45,978 bases of DNA from sequence record SRR31156797_1590. The stretch is one strand, 5' to 3'. Made by a program: the position numbers and the translations under genes. Below the pieces are notes generated by a model. The model was not told the origin of the DNA. It did no database searches and saw only the letters and a program-made list of their open reading frames with translations. The first letter of the stretch is position 1. Each line of letters starts with the position of its first letter. Of this stretch, positions 37,938-45,978 are shown piece after piece.

Positions 37938-38966
37938 TTAATCTTCCTTGCTTAATTCTGCTTCTAATGCCTTGATACGCTTCTCCAGCGCAGACATTTT
38001 CTTTGCCATATCAGGCAGTTTACGATGGTAAATTGAGGATCTCAAAAAATTGCCCTTCTCAAGCAACGGGGACCCGGCACCCATGAAACCGGCCGGAACG
38101 TCATTAGTAACCCCGGCCTGTGCGCCGATAACTGCACCGTCGCCGATCTTGATGTTATCCACAAGACCAGCCTGAGCAGCAAGGACAACGCCTTTGCCGA
38201 GCTTAGTACTGCCTGCAACACCAGACTGGGAAATTACGAGGCAGTCTTCACCGGTAGTAACGTTATGGGCAATCTGGACAAGGTTATCGACCTTGGAACC
38301 GGCACCGATTCTAGTGACATCTAGAGCTGCTCGGTCAACACAAGCATTAGCTCCAATTTCCACCTGATCCTGAAGCTCTACAGTTCCGATCTGGGGAATC
38401 TTCATATGCTTGCCGGAAACCTGAGCATATCCGAAACCATCTCCGCCAATGACCGCTCCGGGCTGAACTATGCCCCCGGTTCCGATAACAGTGCCGGCCA
38501 TAATGGAACAATTGGGATAAATGATACATCCCGGTCCCAGAACAACATCTTCACCGATGTAAGCTCCTGCAAAAATTTTGCAATTGGGACCTATTTTGGT
38601 TCCTTTGCCTATGAAGGCAAACGGATAGACTGTAGCGCTAGCATCAACATCTGCTTCAGGATGGATAAAGGCTAACTCATGGACACCTTCCAGACATCCC
38701 TGAGGACGAGCAAAGACGTGCATTGCCTTTGCCAAATCCATGTAGGGGTTCTCGCTGATAAGTGCAGACTCCACCTGATCGGCGTACTTTTCCTCAAGCA
38801 CAATGGCTCCGGCTTTTGTAACCGAGAGCGCAGATTCATATTTCGCATTAGCCAGAAAAGACAGCTCAGTAGGTCCGGCCAAATCCAAAGTATTCAGACC
38901 TGAAATTTCCTTATCCTTTCCAGCCATCTTAAGGCCAATAAGACCTGCAAGTTCTGAAAGAAGCAT
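37938..38966 (-). CDS. lpxD: UDP-3-O-acylglucosamine N-acyltransferase
   Basis: DGFGYA, KIPQIG, DNLVQIAHN, hexapeptide repeats. Confidence 0.96.
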   Translation of the reverse strand: MLLSELAGLIGLKMAGKDKEISGLNTLDLAGPTELSFLANAKYESALSVTKAGAIVLEEKYADQVESALISENPYMDLAKAMHVFARPQGCLEGVHELAFIHPEADVDASATVYPFAFIGKGTKIGPNCKIFAGAYIGEDVVLGPGCIIYPNCSIMAGTVIGTGGIVQPGAVIGGDGFGYAQVSGKHMKIPQIGTVELQDQVEIGANACVDRAALDVTRIGAGSKVDNLVQIAHNVTTGEDCLVISQSGVAGSTKLGKGVVLAAQAGLVDNIKIGDGAVIGAQAGVTNDVPAGFMGAGSPLLEKGNFLRSSIYHRKLPDMAKKMSALEKRIKALEAELSKED

Positions 38967-38971
38967 AAGCC

Positions 38972-39499
38972 CTACTTTTTACCTGCTCTGAAAGCACGAT
39001 TCAACTCAAGCAACAGCTGGTTGGTGATATCAATAGTGTCATCAATATAAAGAAAACCGGAAGATTTCTTATCATAAATAGCTGTGTAACCGTTCTTTTT
39101 ACCGTACTCGGTAATAACTTTCTCAAGAAGTTTGAGAACAGGAGTACTTACTTTCTTCTCTTCAATCTGCATTTTACGCTGAGTAGCCTGAGTGAGGTCC
39201 TGAAAATCTCTAACCTTGCGTTTAAACTCAAGTTCTTTGTCCTGCTTGGCTTCAAGAGAAAGAACAAGGCTCTGTTTCTGCAAGGCCTGCTTCAAGCTTT
39301 CCAGTTCCTTCTTTTTAGTTTCGAGCTGTTTTTTTGCAGTTTCGAATTTCTTTTCCATCTTTTTCTGGGCATCCTGACCGATCTCAGAATCCTTGATCAA
39401 TTTAGTCATGGAAGCAACCGCAATCTTCTGAGGAGCGGCAAAAGCCGGGGCCTGAAAAGCAAAAACCAGCACCAGTACAGCAAAAAGAATTCTACGCAT
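38972..39499 (-). CDS. skp: Skp/OmpH periplasmic chaperone
   Basis: Signal peptide, long coiled coil, DIT C-terminal motif; between bamA and lpxD. Confidence 0.88.
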   Translation of the reverse strand: MRRILFAVLVLVFAFQAPAFAAPQKIAVASMTKLIKDSEIGQDAQKKMEKKFETAKKQLETKKKELESLKQALQKQSLVLSLEAKQDKELEFKRKVRDFQDLTQATQRKMQIEEKKVSTPVLKLLEKVITEYGKKNGYTAIYDKKSSGFLYIDDTIDITNQLLLELNRAFRAGKK

Positions 39500-39539
39500 T
39501 TAAAATTACTCCTTATAATTCCTATCTAATAATCAGCCG

Positions 39540-39569
39540 AAAAGGCATGCCGAAAATCGGCATGCCCTT
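39540..39569 (-). terminator. Hairpin between bamA and skp (weak terminator or stabiliser)
   Basis: GGCATGCCGA-TTT-TCGGCATGCC followed by TTTT on the minus strand. Confidence 0.55.
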
Positions 39570-39595
39570 CATTTACATTAATATGTCAAATTCTG

Positions 39596-42310
39596 CTAGA
39601 AGAACTGTCCCATAGAGAATTCAATCTTATGTCTTGAACTTTCTTCAAGCTTATCAAGTCCGTAACCGTACTCTACCCTGATCGGTCCCATGGGGGAGAA
39701 CCAACGCAGACCGGCACCGATACTCTTGTACATACCGAGGAACAGATCTTTTCCGTCAGCCTGTTTGGTATCGTAGAAGAAGCTCTGCCCGTCATCCCAA
39801 GAGTTACCAATATCAAAGAAACCAACACCTACAAGGCCGAGTTCCTCATTGATGGGGAACAAGAGTTCGAAGTTCATGTAGAACATCTTGTTACCACCGA
39901 TACGGTCATTTGATTCACTGTCACGGGGAGATATCTCACGGCTGTCATAACCGCGAACATTGTTGATACCACCAAGATAAAAACGTTCGAACACGGGCAT
40001 TTTACCGCCGCCAAAGTTATCGTGGATAAAACCGGCACTACCTTTCCAGTGGAAAACCAGATCCCAGAAGACCGGAGTGAAATAGTTTGAGTCGTAGGTA
40101 TACTTAACAAAGGAGTCATCCCCCAGAAGAACACCACCACCCATTTCAACTACAAAGTTGTTCACAGTACCGGTTGAAGGGTTGAAAGCCTTGTTAGTGG
40201 TATCACGTTTGACACCGGCTGTGACAACACTTGCCCAGTTATCGCCCTTGCTGTCCTTAATGGACTGCGCCGCATTATCTTTTACTTCAGAGATATTATA
40301 GAAATCCAGACGGTAGTTAGTATAGAAATGGGTGTATTCGCCGAGCGGGTAACCAGCTGAGACAACACCACCGATGGTCTGTTTATCATAATCGGTAAAG
40401 TCATCGTTACGCCAGTAGGTATTAAAACCACCGCCCCAGAGGGTATCGTCGATACGGGGGTTGTAGAAACTCAAACCGTAACTGATGGTCTTGGAGCTCC
40501 ATCCACCGTTAAGGGAGAATTCCATACCGCGACCGAATAGGTTGCGTTCAGTAATCTTTGCGGAAACAAAAACACTGTCGGATGTGGAGTAACCAATACC
40601 ACCACTGACCATACCGGTATTTTTATCCTTAACCTTGACCTTCAGATCCATCTCACCGGGATCACCAGTGGGAACTGGTTCAATGTCAACTTCACTGAAG
40701 TAGTCCAGCTTGTTCAGACGAACAATGGAACGCTGCAATTTGGAACCGCTAAACTGGTCACCGTCAGCGAGACGCATTTCGCGCAGGACAACGTTGTTTC
40801 TGGTCTTGGAGTTACCTTCAATAATAACCCTGCGGATATGAACCTTCTGACGTTTAGAAACAATGAAGGTGATATCCACGGCCTTCTCATCTTTATGCTG
40901 ATCAAACTTGATGTTGGCATCAGCATAGGCATAACCGTAATTAGAATAAAATTCAGAAATAGCCTTCATATCCTCACGCAGGAGAGACCGGTCCAGATAT
41001 TCCCCGCCGTCAGCCATATCATCAGCAGTAATAAGCTCACGCAGTCGGGATTTCTTAACAATCAGGTCCCCCTGAAAGCTAACCTTGCCGACCTTATAGC
41101 GATCACCTTCTGAGACCTTGAAGGTAACATAGATGCCATCTTCCTTGATATCCAGTTCAGGCTCACCGACCTTGGCATCAATAAAACCGCGGTTACCGTA
41201 ATAAGCGAGGATCGCAGCAGCATCACGTTCAAGGAGTTCTTCTTTTAGCACACCTGTTTTGGTGAACCAAGAAAGCCAACCCCTTTCAGTAAGAGCAAGC
41301 TGTTCCTTGACCTCATCAGGATCAAGCTGTTTAGCACCTTCGATCCTGATGCCTTCGATATAAAGCTTCTTGCCTTCATCAATATTGAGGTTCAAACGGG
41401 CCTGCGCACCTTCACCTTCAATATTGTAATCGATTTTAGCGTTGTAATACCCTTCCTTGCGATACATTTCACGCAGAGTGTTCAAGTCGTCGGAAAGAAC
41501 TTTGGGGTTCATGACCGCGCCCTTTTTGGTATTAACTGCCGCGAGAACATCTTCAGCGTCAATGGCGTCTTCACCCTTAACGGAAATAGCCTGAATGCGC
41601 GGCCTCTCCTTCACGTCAAAGATAATCTTCTTGCCGCTAGGCACATCGGTAACCTTGACCTTAACATCATCAAAATAACCGAGAGCGTAAATATTTTTGA
41701 GATCTGCGTTAATTTTGGAGGGAGTATAAATATCACCGGTCTTGATATTGGTACGCATCAAAATAACGTCTTTATCAAGAACACGACAACCACGGACTTC
41801 AACATCAGCAATCTTATCCTGACTAAGCAATTCCAGCTTCATCTTGGAAATCAGCTCGTCAACAGCAGGAAGAAGGTTAATCAACCCTTTTTTGGTAACA
41901 AAAAGAGGAACCGCAGGTTTCATACCAAACGCTTCCACAAGACGAACATCAAGGCTCAGGTCTTCACCTATCTGACTAAAACTGCCGTATACGGAATATC
42001 CCGCCCCGGACAGAAGTGCCATATCCTTAGCAGCCTGAATATTCAAAAATTCGTAACCCTGCTCATCGACAAGTCCCATGACCTTTTTCTGGTCAACCAC
42101 GCGGAATCCTGCTTCGCGCAATCTGTCTGAAAGAAGAGTAGGTAAACTGTCTTTGAGGTATTGTGTATCAGCGTCAGCGTTAACTTCAAAAGGAAGTACG
42201 GCAATAATAATGCTTGAGGCATCTTCAGCCTGAGCCTTGCTTGCTCCGAAATTAATCAGGAAAGCAAAAGTTGCCGCAATCAGTAAAAGCAGAATTCTAG
42301 TTCTGGGCAT
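39596..42310 (-). CDS. bamA: Outer membrane protein assembly factor BamA with an extra N-terminal domain
   Basis: POTRA repeats, VRGY motif, SPMGP, C-terminal Phe; ATG 42310 behind GGAG. Confidence 0.95.
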   Translation of the reverse strand: MPRTRILLLLIAATFAFLINFGASKAQAEDASSIIIAVLPFEVNADADTQYLKDSLPTLLSDRLREAGFRVVDQKKVMGLVDEQGYEFLNIQAAKDMALLSGAGYSVYGSFSQIGEDLSLDVRLVEAFGMKPAVPLFVTKKGLINLLPAVDELISKMKLELLSQDKIADVEVRGCRVLDKDVILMRTNIKTGDIYTPSKINADLKNIYALGYFDDVKVKVTDVPSGKKIIFDVKERPRIQAISVKGEDAIDAEDVLAAVNTKKGAVMNPKVLSDDLNTLREMYRKEGYYNAKIDYNIEGEGAQARLNLNIDEGKKLYIEGIRIEGAKQLDPDEVKEQLALTERGWLSWFTKTGVLKEELLERDAAAILAYYGNRGFIDAKVGEPELDIKEDGIYVTFKVSEGDRYKVGKVSFQGDLIVKKSRLRELITADDMADGGEYLDRSLLREDMKAISEFYSNYGYAYADANIKFDQHKDEKAVDITFIVSKRQKVHIRRVIIEGNSKTRNNVVLREMRLADGDQFSGSKLQRSIVRLNKLDYFSEVDIEPVPTGDPGEMDLKVKVKDKNTGMVSGGIGYSTSDSVFVSAKITERNLFGRGMEFSLNGGWSSKTISYGLSFYNPRIDDTLWGGGFNTYWRNDDFTDYDKQTIGGVVSAGYPLGEYTHFYTNYRLDFYNISEVKDNAAQSIKDSKGDNWASVVTAGVKRDTTNKAFNPSTGTVNNFVVEMGGGVLLGDDSFVKYTYDSNYFTPVFWDLVFHWKGSAGFIHDNFGGGKMPVFERFYLGGINNVRGYDSREISPRDSESNDRIGGNKMFYMNFELLFPINEELGLVGVGFFDIGNSWDDGQSFFYDTKQADGKDLFLGMYKSIGAGLRWFSPMGPIRVEYGYGLDKLEESSRHKIEFSMGQFF

Positions 42311-42980
42311 ACAGTTCTCCGGAACGCAACTCAAGCCGGCGTTTCATAACCCCGGCCAAATCCATATTGTGTGTCACAACGATGAGCGTCATTCCAAGCT
42401 CTTCATTAAGGGAAGCCAGCATTTCTCCGACCATCTTCCCTGTCTTCTCATCCAAGTTACCAGTAGGCTCATCTGCGAGCAGGACCTTAGGTTTAAGCAG
42501 AATAGCTCGCGCTATGGCGGCACGCTGCCTTTCCCCTCCCGACAAAGTAGTCACCCTGTGATCAATCCTGTTCTGCAGCCCTACCAGCCCAAGGGCTTCA
42601 CGGGCCATGTCAGAGGCTTCCCCCTGACCTATGCCTGCCATCATGGCAGGAAGAGCAACATTTTCCAGAGTAGTAAACTCTGGAAGAAGGTGATGAAACT
42701 GAAAAACAAAACCGATTCCCCTGTTCCTCACTTCGGCCCGCTTTTCAGGTGTCATATCATTAATATTCATTCCCGCAAAATAGATATTTCCGCCGGAAGC
42801 AGTATCCAAAGTGCCGAGAATATGCAGCAACGTTGTCTTGCCGGACCCGGATGCCCCGAGAATGGCAAGAGACTCTCCAGCATCAACCGTAAGATTGATG
42901 TGATCCAGGATCCGCACAGTCTCGGTCGGTCCTTCGTATTCTTTTACGACATCAGTAAGTTCGTAAAGCAAATTACTCAT
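42297..42980 (-). CDS. lolD: Lipoprotein-releasing ABC ATPase
   Basis: GASGSGKT, GFVFQFHHLL, LSGGERQR, DEPTGNLD. Confidence 0.9.
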   Translation of the reverse strand: MSNLLYELTDVVKEYEGPTETVRILDHINLTVDAGESLAILGASGSGKTTLLHILGTLDTASGGNIYFAGMNINDMTPEKRAEVRNRGIGFVFQFHHLLPEFTTLENVALPAMMAGIGQGEASDMAREALGLVGLQNRIDHRVTTLSGGERQRAAIARAILLKPKVLLADEPTGNLDEKTGKMVGEMLASLNEELGMTLIVVTHNMDLAGVMKRRLELRSGELYAQN

Positions 42981-44202
42981 ACCTTAAAGCCTGTGCCGGT
43001 TCCAAGGCAGCCGCCTGTCTTGCCGGATACAAAGTAGCCAGAAAACAAAGCAGAAACGCTGCAACACCGATAATTGTCAAATCCATCCAATCCATCCTGA
43101 TGGGCAAATAGTCCACCGGATAGACGTTGCTGGGCAACTTGATAAACTGATACTTTTTAAGCAGAAGCGCCACCGGAATACCGATCAAGTATCCAATGGT
43201 TGTTCCGATCAATCCAATCAAAGTTCCCTGCAGCATAAAAATTCTTCTAATACTCCCAGAAGTCGCTCCCATGGACATCAGCACCGCAATATCCTTAGTC
43301 TTCTGCATAACCAGCATGACCAGTGTAGTAATGATGCTGAATGAACCAACCATGACAATCATTGCCAGAATGATAAACATAGCTGTCTTTTCAAGCTTGA
43401 GCGCAGCAAACAGGTTGGCATTCATTTCCTGCCAGTTCCTGATCTGTACCGGATACCCGGCAAGCTCCTTATCCAGAAGTTTGCCTATGTTATCAACTGC
43501 ATATACGTCTGCGAGACGAATTTCAAGACCGGAGACGAAATCCCGTTTAAATCCAAGCAGTTTCTGGGCTGCAGTATTGCTGATGTAAGCCAAAGAAGAA
43601 TCATACTCATACATTCCTGTACGAAAAATTCCACCGACCTTAAATACCCGAACTTTGGGAGTAAATCCGGCAGCTGTGCGTGTTCCTGAAGGGGAAAGCA
43701 GGTTCACAGTATCGCCAAGCACAAGCCCGAGACGACGCGCCAACTGATTCCCAATGACAATTTCAGGAAGTTTACTATCTTTTGAAAGACTATCCACACT
43801 TCCGGAAACCATATCACCGGGAAGACTGAGTACGCCTTTAGCGGTATCAGCATCGACCCCTCTAAGGACAACACCTTTAACTCCCCCACCACTGGAGAGC
43901 ATAACCTCAGAATAGATAAAGGGCGTTACACCTGTAACGCCCGGAATCTTTTCAATTCTATCGGTCATGTGATGGTAGTTCTCAAGCGTGCCGTCGTATG
44001 CGGTCACGATGACGTGGGCATTAACTCCGAGAATTTTATCGCGGAGGTCGGTTGAAAAACCGTTCATGACCCCTATCACCACAATCAGGGCTGCTACGCC
44101 CAAAGCAACGCCGCACACGGCAAAGAGAGATATAACTGAGATGAAATTATTCTTTCTCAGCGTAAAAAGGTATCTCAGTGCGACGAAGAATTCAAACTTC
44201 AT
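42973..44202 (-). CDS. Lipoprotein-releasing ABC permease (LolC/E family, single copy)
   Basis: ALRYL, GVALGVAALIVVIGVMNGF, DIAVLMSMGA, YPARQAA...ALRYE. Confidence 0.9.
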   Translation of the reverse strand: MKFEFFVALRYLFTLRKNNFISVISLFAVCGVALGVAALIVVIGVMNGFSTDLRDKILGVNAHVIVTAYDGTLENYHHMTDRIEKIPGVTGVTPFIYSEVMLSSGGGVKGVVLRGVDADTAKGVLSLPGDMVSGSVDSLSKDSKLPEIVIGNQLARRLGLVLGDTVNLLSPSGTRTAAGFTPKVRVFKVGGIFRTGMYEYDSSLAYISNTAAQKLLGFKRDFVSGLEIRLADVYAVDNIGKLLDKELAGYPVQIRNWQEMNANLFAALKLEKTAMFIILAMIVMVGSFSIITTLVMLVMQKTKDIAVLMSMGATSGSIRRIFMLQGTLIGLIGTTIGYLIGIPVALLLKKYQFIKLPSNVYPVDYLPIRMDWMDLTIIGVAAFLLCFLATLYPARQAAALEPAQALRYE

Positions 44203-45794
44203 GAGCCACCATTGCCGGAAGCACCTTCTGTTCTAAGAAGCGGAAACAAGATGACTTCCCTAATGGAAGGACTGTCAGTCAAAAGCATGACCAAACGGTC
44301 AATTCCGATACCCTGACCTGCTGCCGGAGGCATGCCGTATTCAAGGGCGCGGACATAATCCTCGTCCATATTATGAGCTTCATCATCACCGGCATCCTTC
44401 TCCGCTACCTGCTCCATGAAACGGCAACGCTGGTCCACGGGATCGTTAAGTTCGGAGAAAGCATTTGCCAATTCACGACCATAGATAAACAGTTCAAAAC
44501 GGTCGGTAATATCCGGGTTTTCCTCATTCCTTCTGGAAAGGGGGGAAATGTCAGTGGGGTAATGATAAATAAAGTGCGGCTGGATCAACTTAGGCTCAAC
44601 CAGCTGGTCAAAAAGCTTGGCCTGCAATTTACCGAGCTTTTCACCCTCAACTGCTTTCTCACCAAGCTTTTTAACAAGTTCCTTACACTTATCATAGTCA
44701 TTGTATACTTCAGGAGAAACGCCACCAACCTTCTCAAGGGATTCGTGGAAAGCCATGCGATGCCACGCTCCGGGAGTCAGATCAATCTTTTCTTCCTGAT
44801 ATTCAATGACAGTATCGCCATTAACTTCCTTACAGACTGAGGAAACCATTTCCTCGGTCAAATCCATCAGGTCTTCGAAGTCGGCATAGGCCCAGTAGAA
44901 CTCAAGCATAGTGAATTCAGGGTTATGCCGAACAGAAATACCTTCGTTACGGAAGTTACGGTTGATTTCGTAAACCTTCTCGAATCCGCCAACCAGCAGT
45001 CGCTTAAGATAAAGCTCAGGAGCAATGCGCATGTAGAGCTGCATATCAAGTGCATTATGATGGGTGGTAAAAGGACGAGCCGCCGCGCCGCCAGCGATGG
45101 GATGCATCATGGGAGTTTCCACTTCCATAAAACCCTTGGAATCCAGATAATTACGGATAGCCCGAACAATCAGGGTACGCTTCTGGAAAATTTCGCGTGC
45201 GCGAGGGGTTACAATGAGATCGACGTAACGCTGGCGGTATCTGGTCTCCACATCCTTGAGCCCGTGATACTTTTCAGGAAGCGGACGCATGGATTTGGTG
45301 ATCAGGTCGACCTTCTCAGCCTTGACGGTCAACTCATCAGTTTTAGTTCTGAAAAGTGTACCTTCAACGCCGACAATATCGCCGATATCGAATTTTTTGA
45401 AAATTTTGTACAGGTCAGCACCGAGATCATCTCTCGCTGCGTACACCTGAATCCTGCCGGTAGGATCCTGAAGATGAAAGAATGCGACCTTACCGAAAGA
45501 TCTATGAGTGATAACCCTGCCAGCAAGCTTAAACTTCTTGCCCAGAGCTTCCAGCTCTTCTCCTCCGAGATTGTCATAATTGCCCCAGATATCTGAGACT
45601 TCTGTATCTTTACTGAAGTCGTTAGGATAAAGCGGTACACCTTCATCGAGAAGGCCACAGGCTTTTTCCACACGATTCTTCAGAACCTGATTGAGTTCGT
45701 TCTGAGCTTGCAGAGCCTCAAGCATGGGCATAAATGACTGCACATGCTCTGATTTGGTTGCCAGCTTGATTTGCTTTTTCTTCTTGCCGCTCAA
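44199..45794 (-). CDS. lysS: Lysyl-tRNA synthetase, class II
   Basis: YRQRYVDL, RIAPELYLKRL, FRNEG, HNPEF, YGMPPAAGQGIGIDRL; TTG start with GGAG upstream, exact start uncertain. Confidence 0.96.
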   Translation of the reverse strand: MSGKKKKQIKLATKSEHVQSFMPMLEALQAQNELNQVLKNRVEKACGLLDEGVPLYPNDFSKDTEVSDIWGNYDNLGGEELEALGKKFKLAGRVITHRSFGKVAFFHLQDPTGRIQVYAARDDLGADLYKIFKKFDIGDIVGVEGTLFRTKTDELTVKAEKVDLITKSMRPLPEKYHGLKDVETRYRQRYVDLIVTPRAREIFQKRTLIVRAIRNYLDSKGFMEVETPMMHPIAGGAAARPFTTHHNALDMQLYMRIAPELYLKRLLVGGFEKVYEINRNFRNEGISVRHNPEFTMLEFYWAYADFEDLMDLTEEMVSSVCKEVNGDTVIEYQEEKIDLTPGAWHRMAFHESLEKVGGVSPEVYNDYDKCKELVKKLGEKAVEGEKLGKLQAKLFDQLVEPKLIQPHFIYHYPTDISPLSRRNEENPDITDRFELFIYGRELANAFSELNDPVDQRCRFMEQVAEKDAGDDEAHNMDEDYVRALEYGMPPAAGQGIGIDRLVMLLTDSPSIREVILFPLLRTEGASGNGGS

Positions 45795-45848
45795 GTTATT
45801 AATTCTCCGTAACCGAATAAAGTCTAGATAAATACAAGATCCGTTGAT

Positions 45849-45877
45849 TGCCTAAGCTAATTACCCTTTGTCGTCAA
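45849..45877 (-). promoter_or_regulatory. Possible promoter of the lysS-lol-bam-lpx operon
   Basis: TTGACG-N17-TAGGCA on the minus strand; weak -10. Confidence 0.4.
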
Positions 45878-45911
45878 GAAAGTACATCTTTTATAGTTCA
45901 CTTTCACACAC

Positions 45912-45962
45912 AAATATTTTTTTTAAAAAGTGTTTGACAAGTACACAACAAGTCCGTAGAAC
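45912..45962 (+). promoter_or_regulatory. Sigma70 promoter firing out of the window
   Basis: TTGACA (45934-45939)-N17-TAGAAC (45957-45962) with an A/T-tract UP-like element upstream. Confidence 0.6.
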
Positions 45963-45978
45963 CCATCTTCGTTGCAGG

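Noticed and set aside
42237-43037. 266-aa plus-strand ORF
   Set aside because: Typical antisense ORF of an ABC ATPase gene (lolD)

Overview
A 46-kb, gene-dense, mostly housekeeping chromosomal segment from a sulfate-reducing Desulfovibrionaceae-type bacterium (inferred from gene content and order). Left to right: tol-pal cluster preceded by miaB, DUF151, PHP and sirtuin genes; rsfS-gpmI-small Zn-ribbon gene; phenylacetate-CoA ligase plus an ACT-domain gene; rtcB and Hpt; kup; an APH-like and APS-kinase-like pair; PfkB kinase, cutA and a small c-type cytochrome; nth-tgt-DUF218; cooA-cooS-cooC with a CooA box; yihY, asmA and DUF89; a sigma54-driven operon resembling the Orange-protein (ORP) complex operons; and lysS-lolC/E-lolD-bamA-skp-lpxD-fabZ-lpxA-lpxI. 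I found no mobile element, CRISPR array, tRNA or rRNA gene. The main discovery is absent from the ORF track: a 19-codon Phe-rich leader peptide (MLNHDLFSFFFFFFFRTEI, 10320-10379) inside a complete protector/antiterminator/terminator attenuator upstream of the phenylacetate-CoA ligase and ACT genes. It predicts induction on Phe starvation, i.e. an anabolic phenylacetate-to-phenylalanine salvage role. The same intergenic region holds a candidate structured leader RNA for rsfS and tandem Fur-like boxes. All calls come from reading the sequence and recalled family knowledge; no searches were run.
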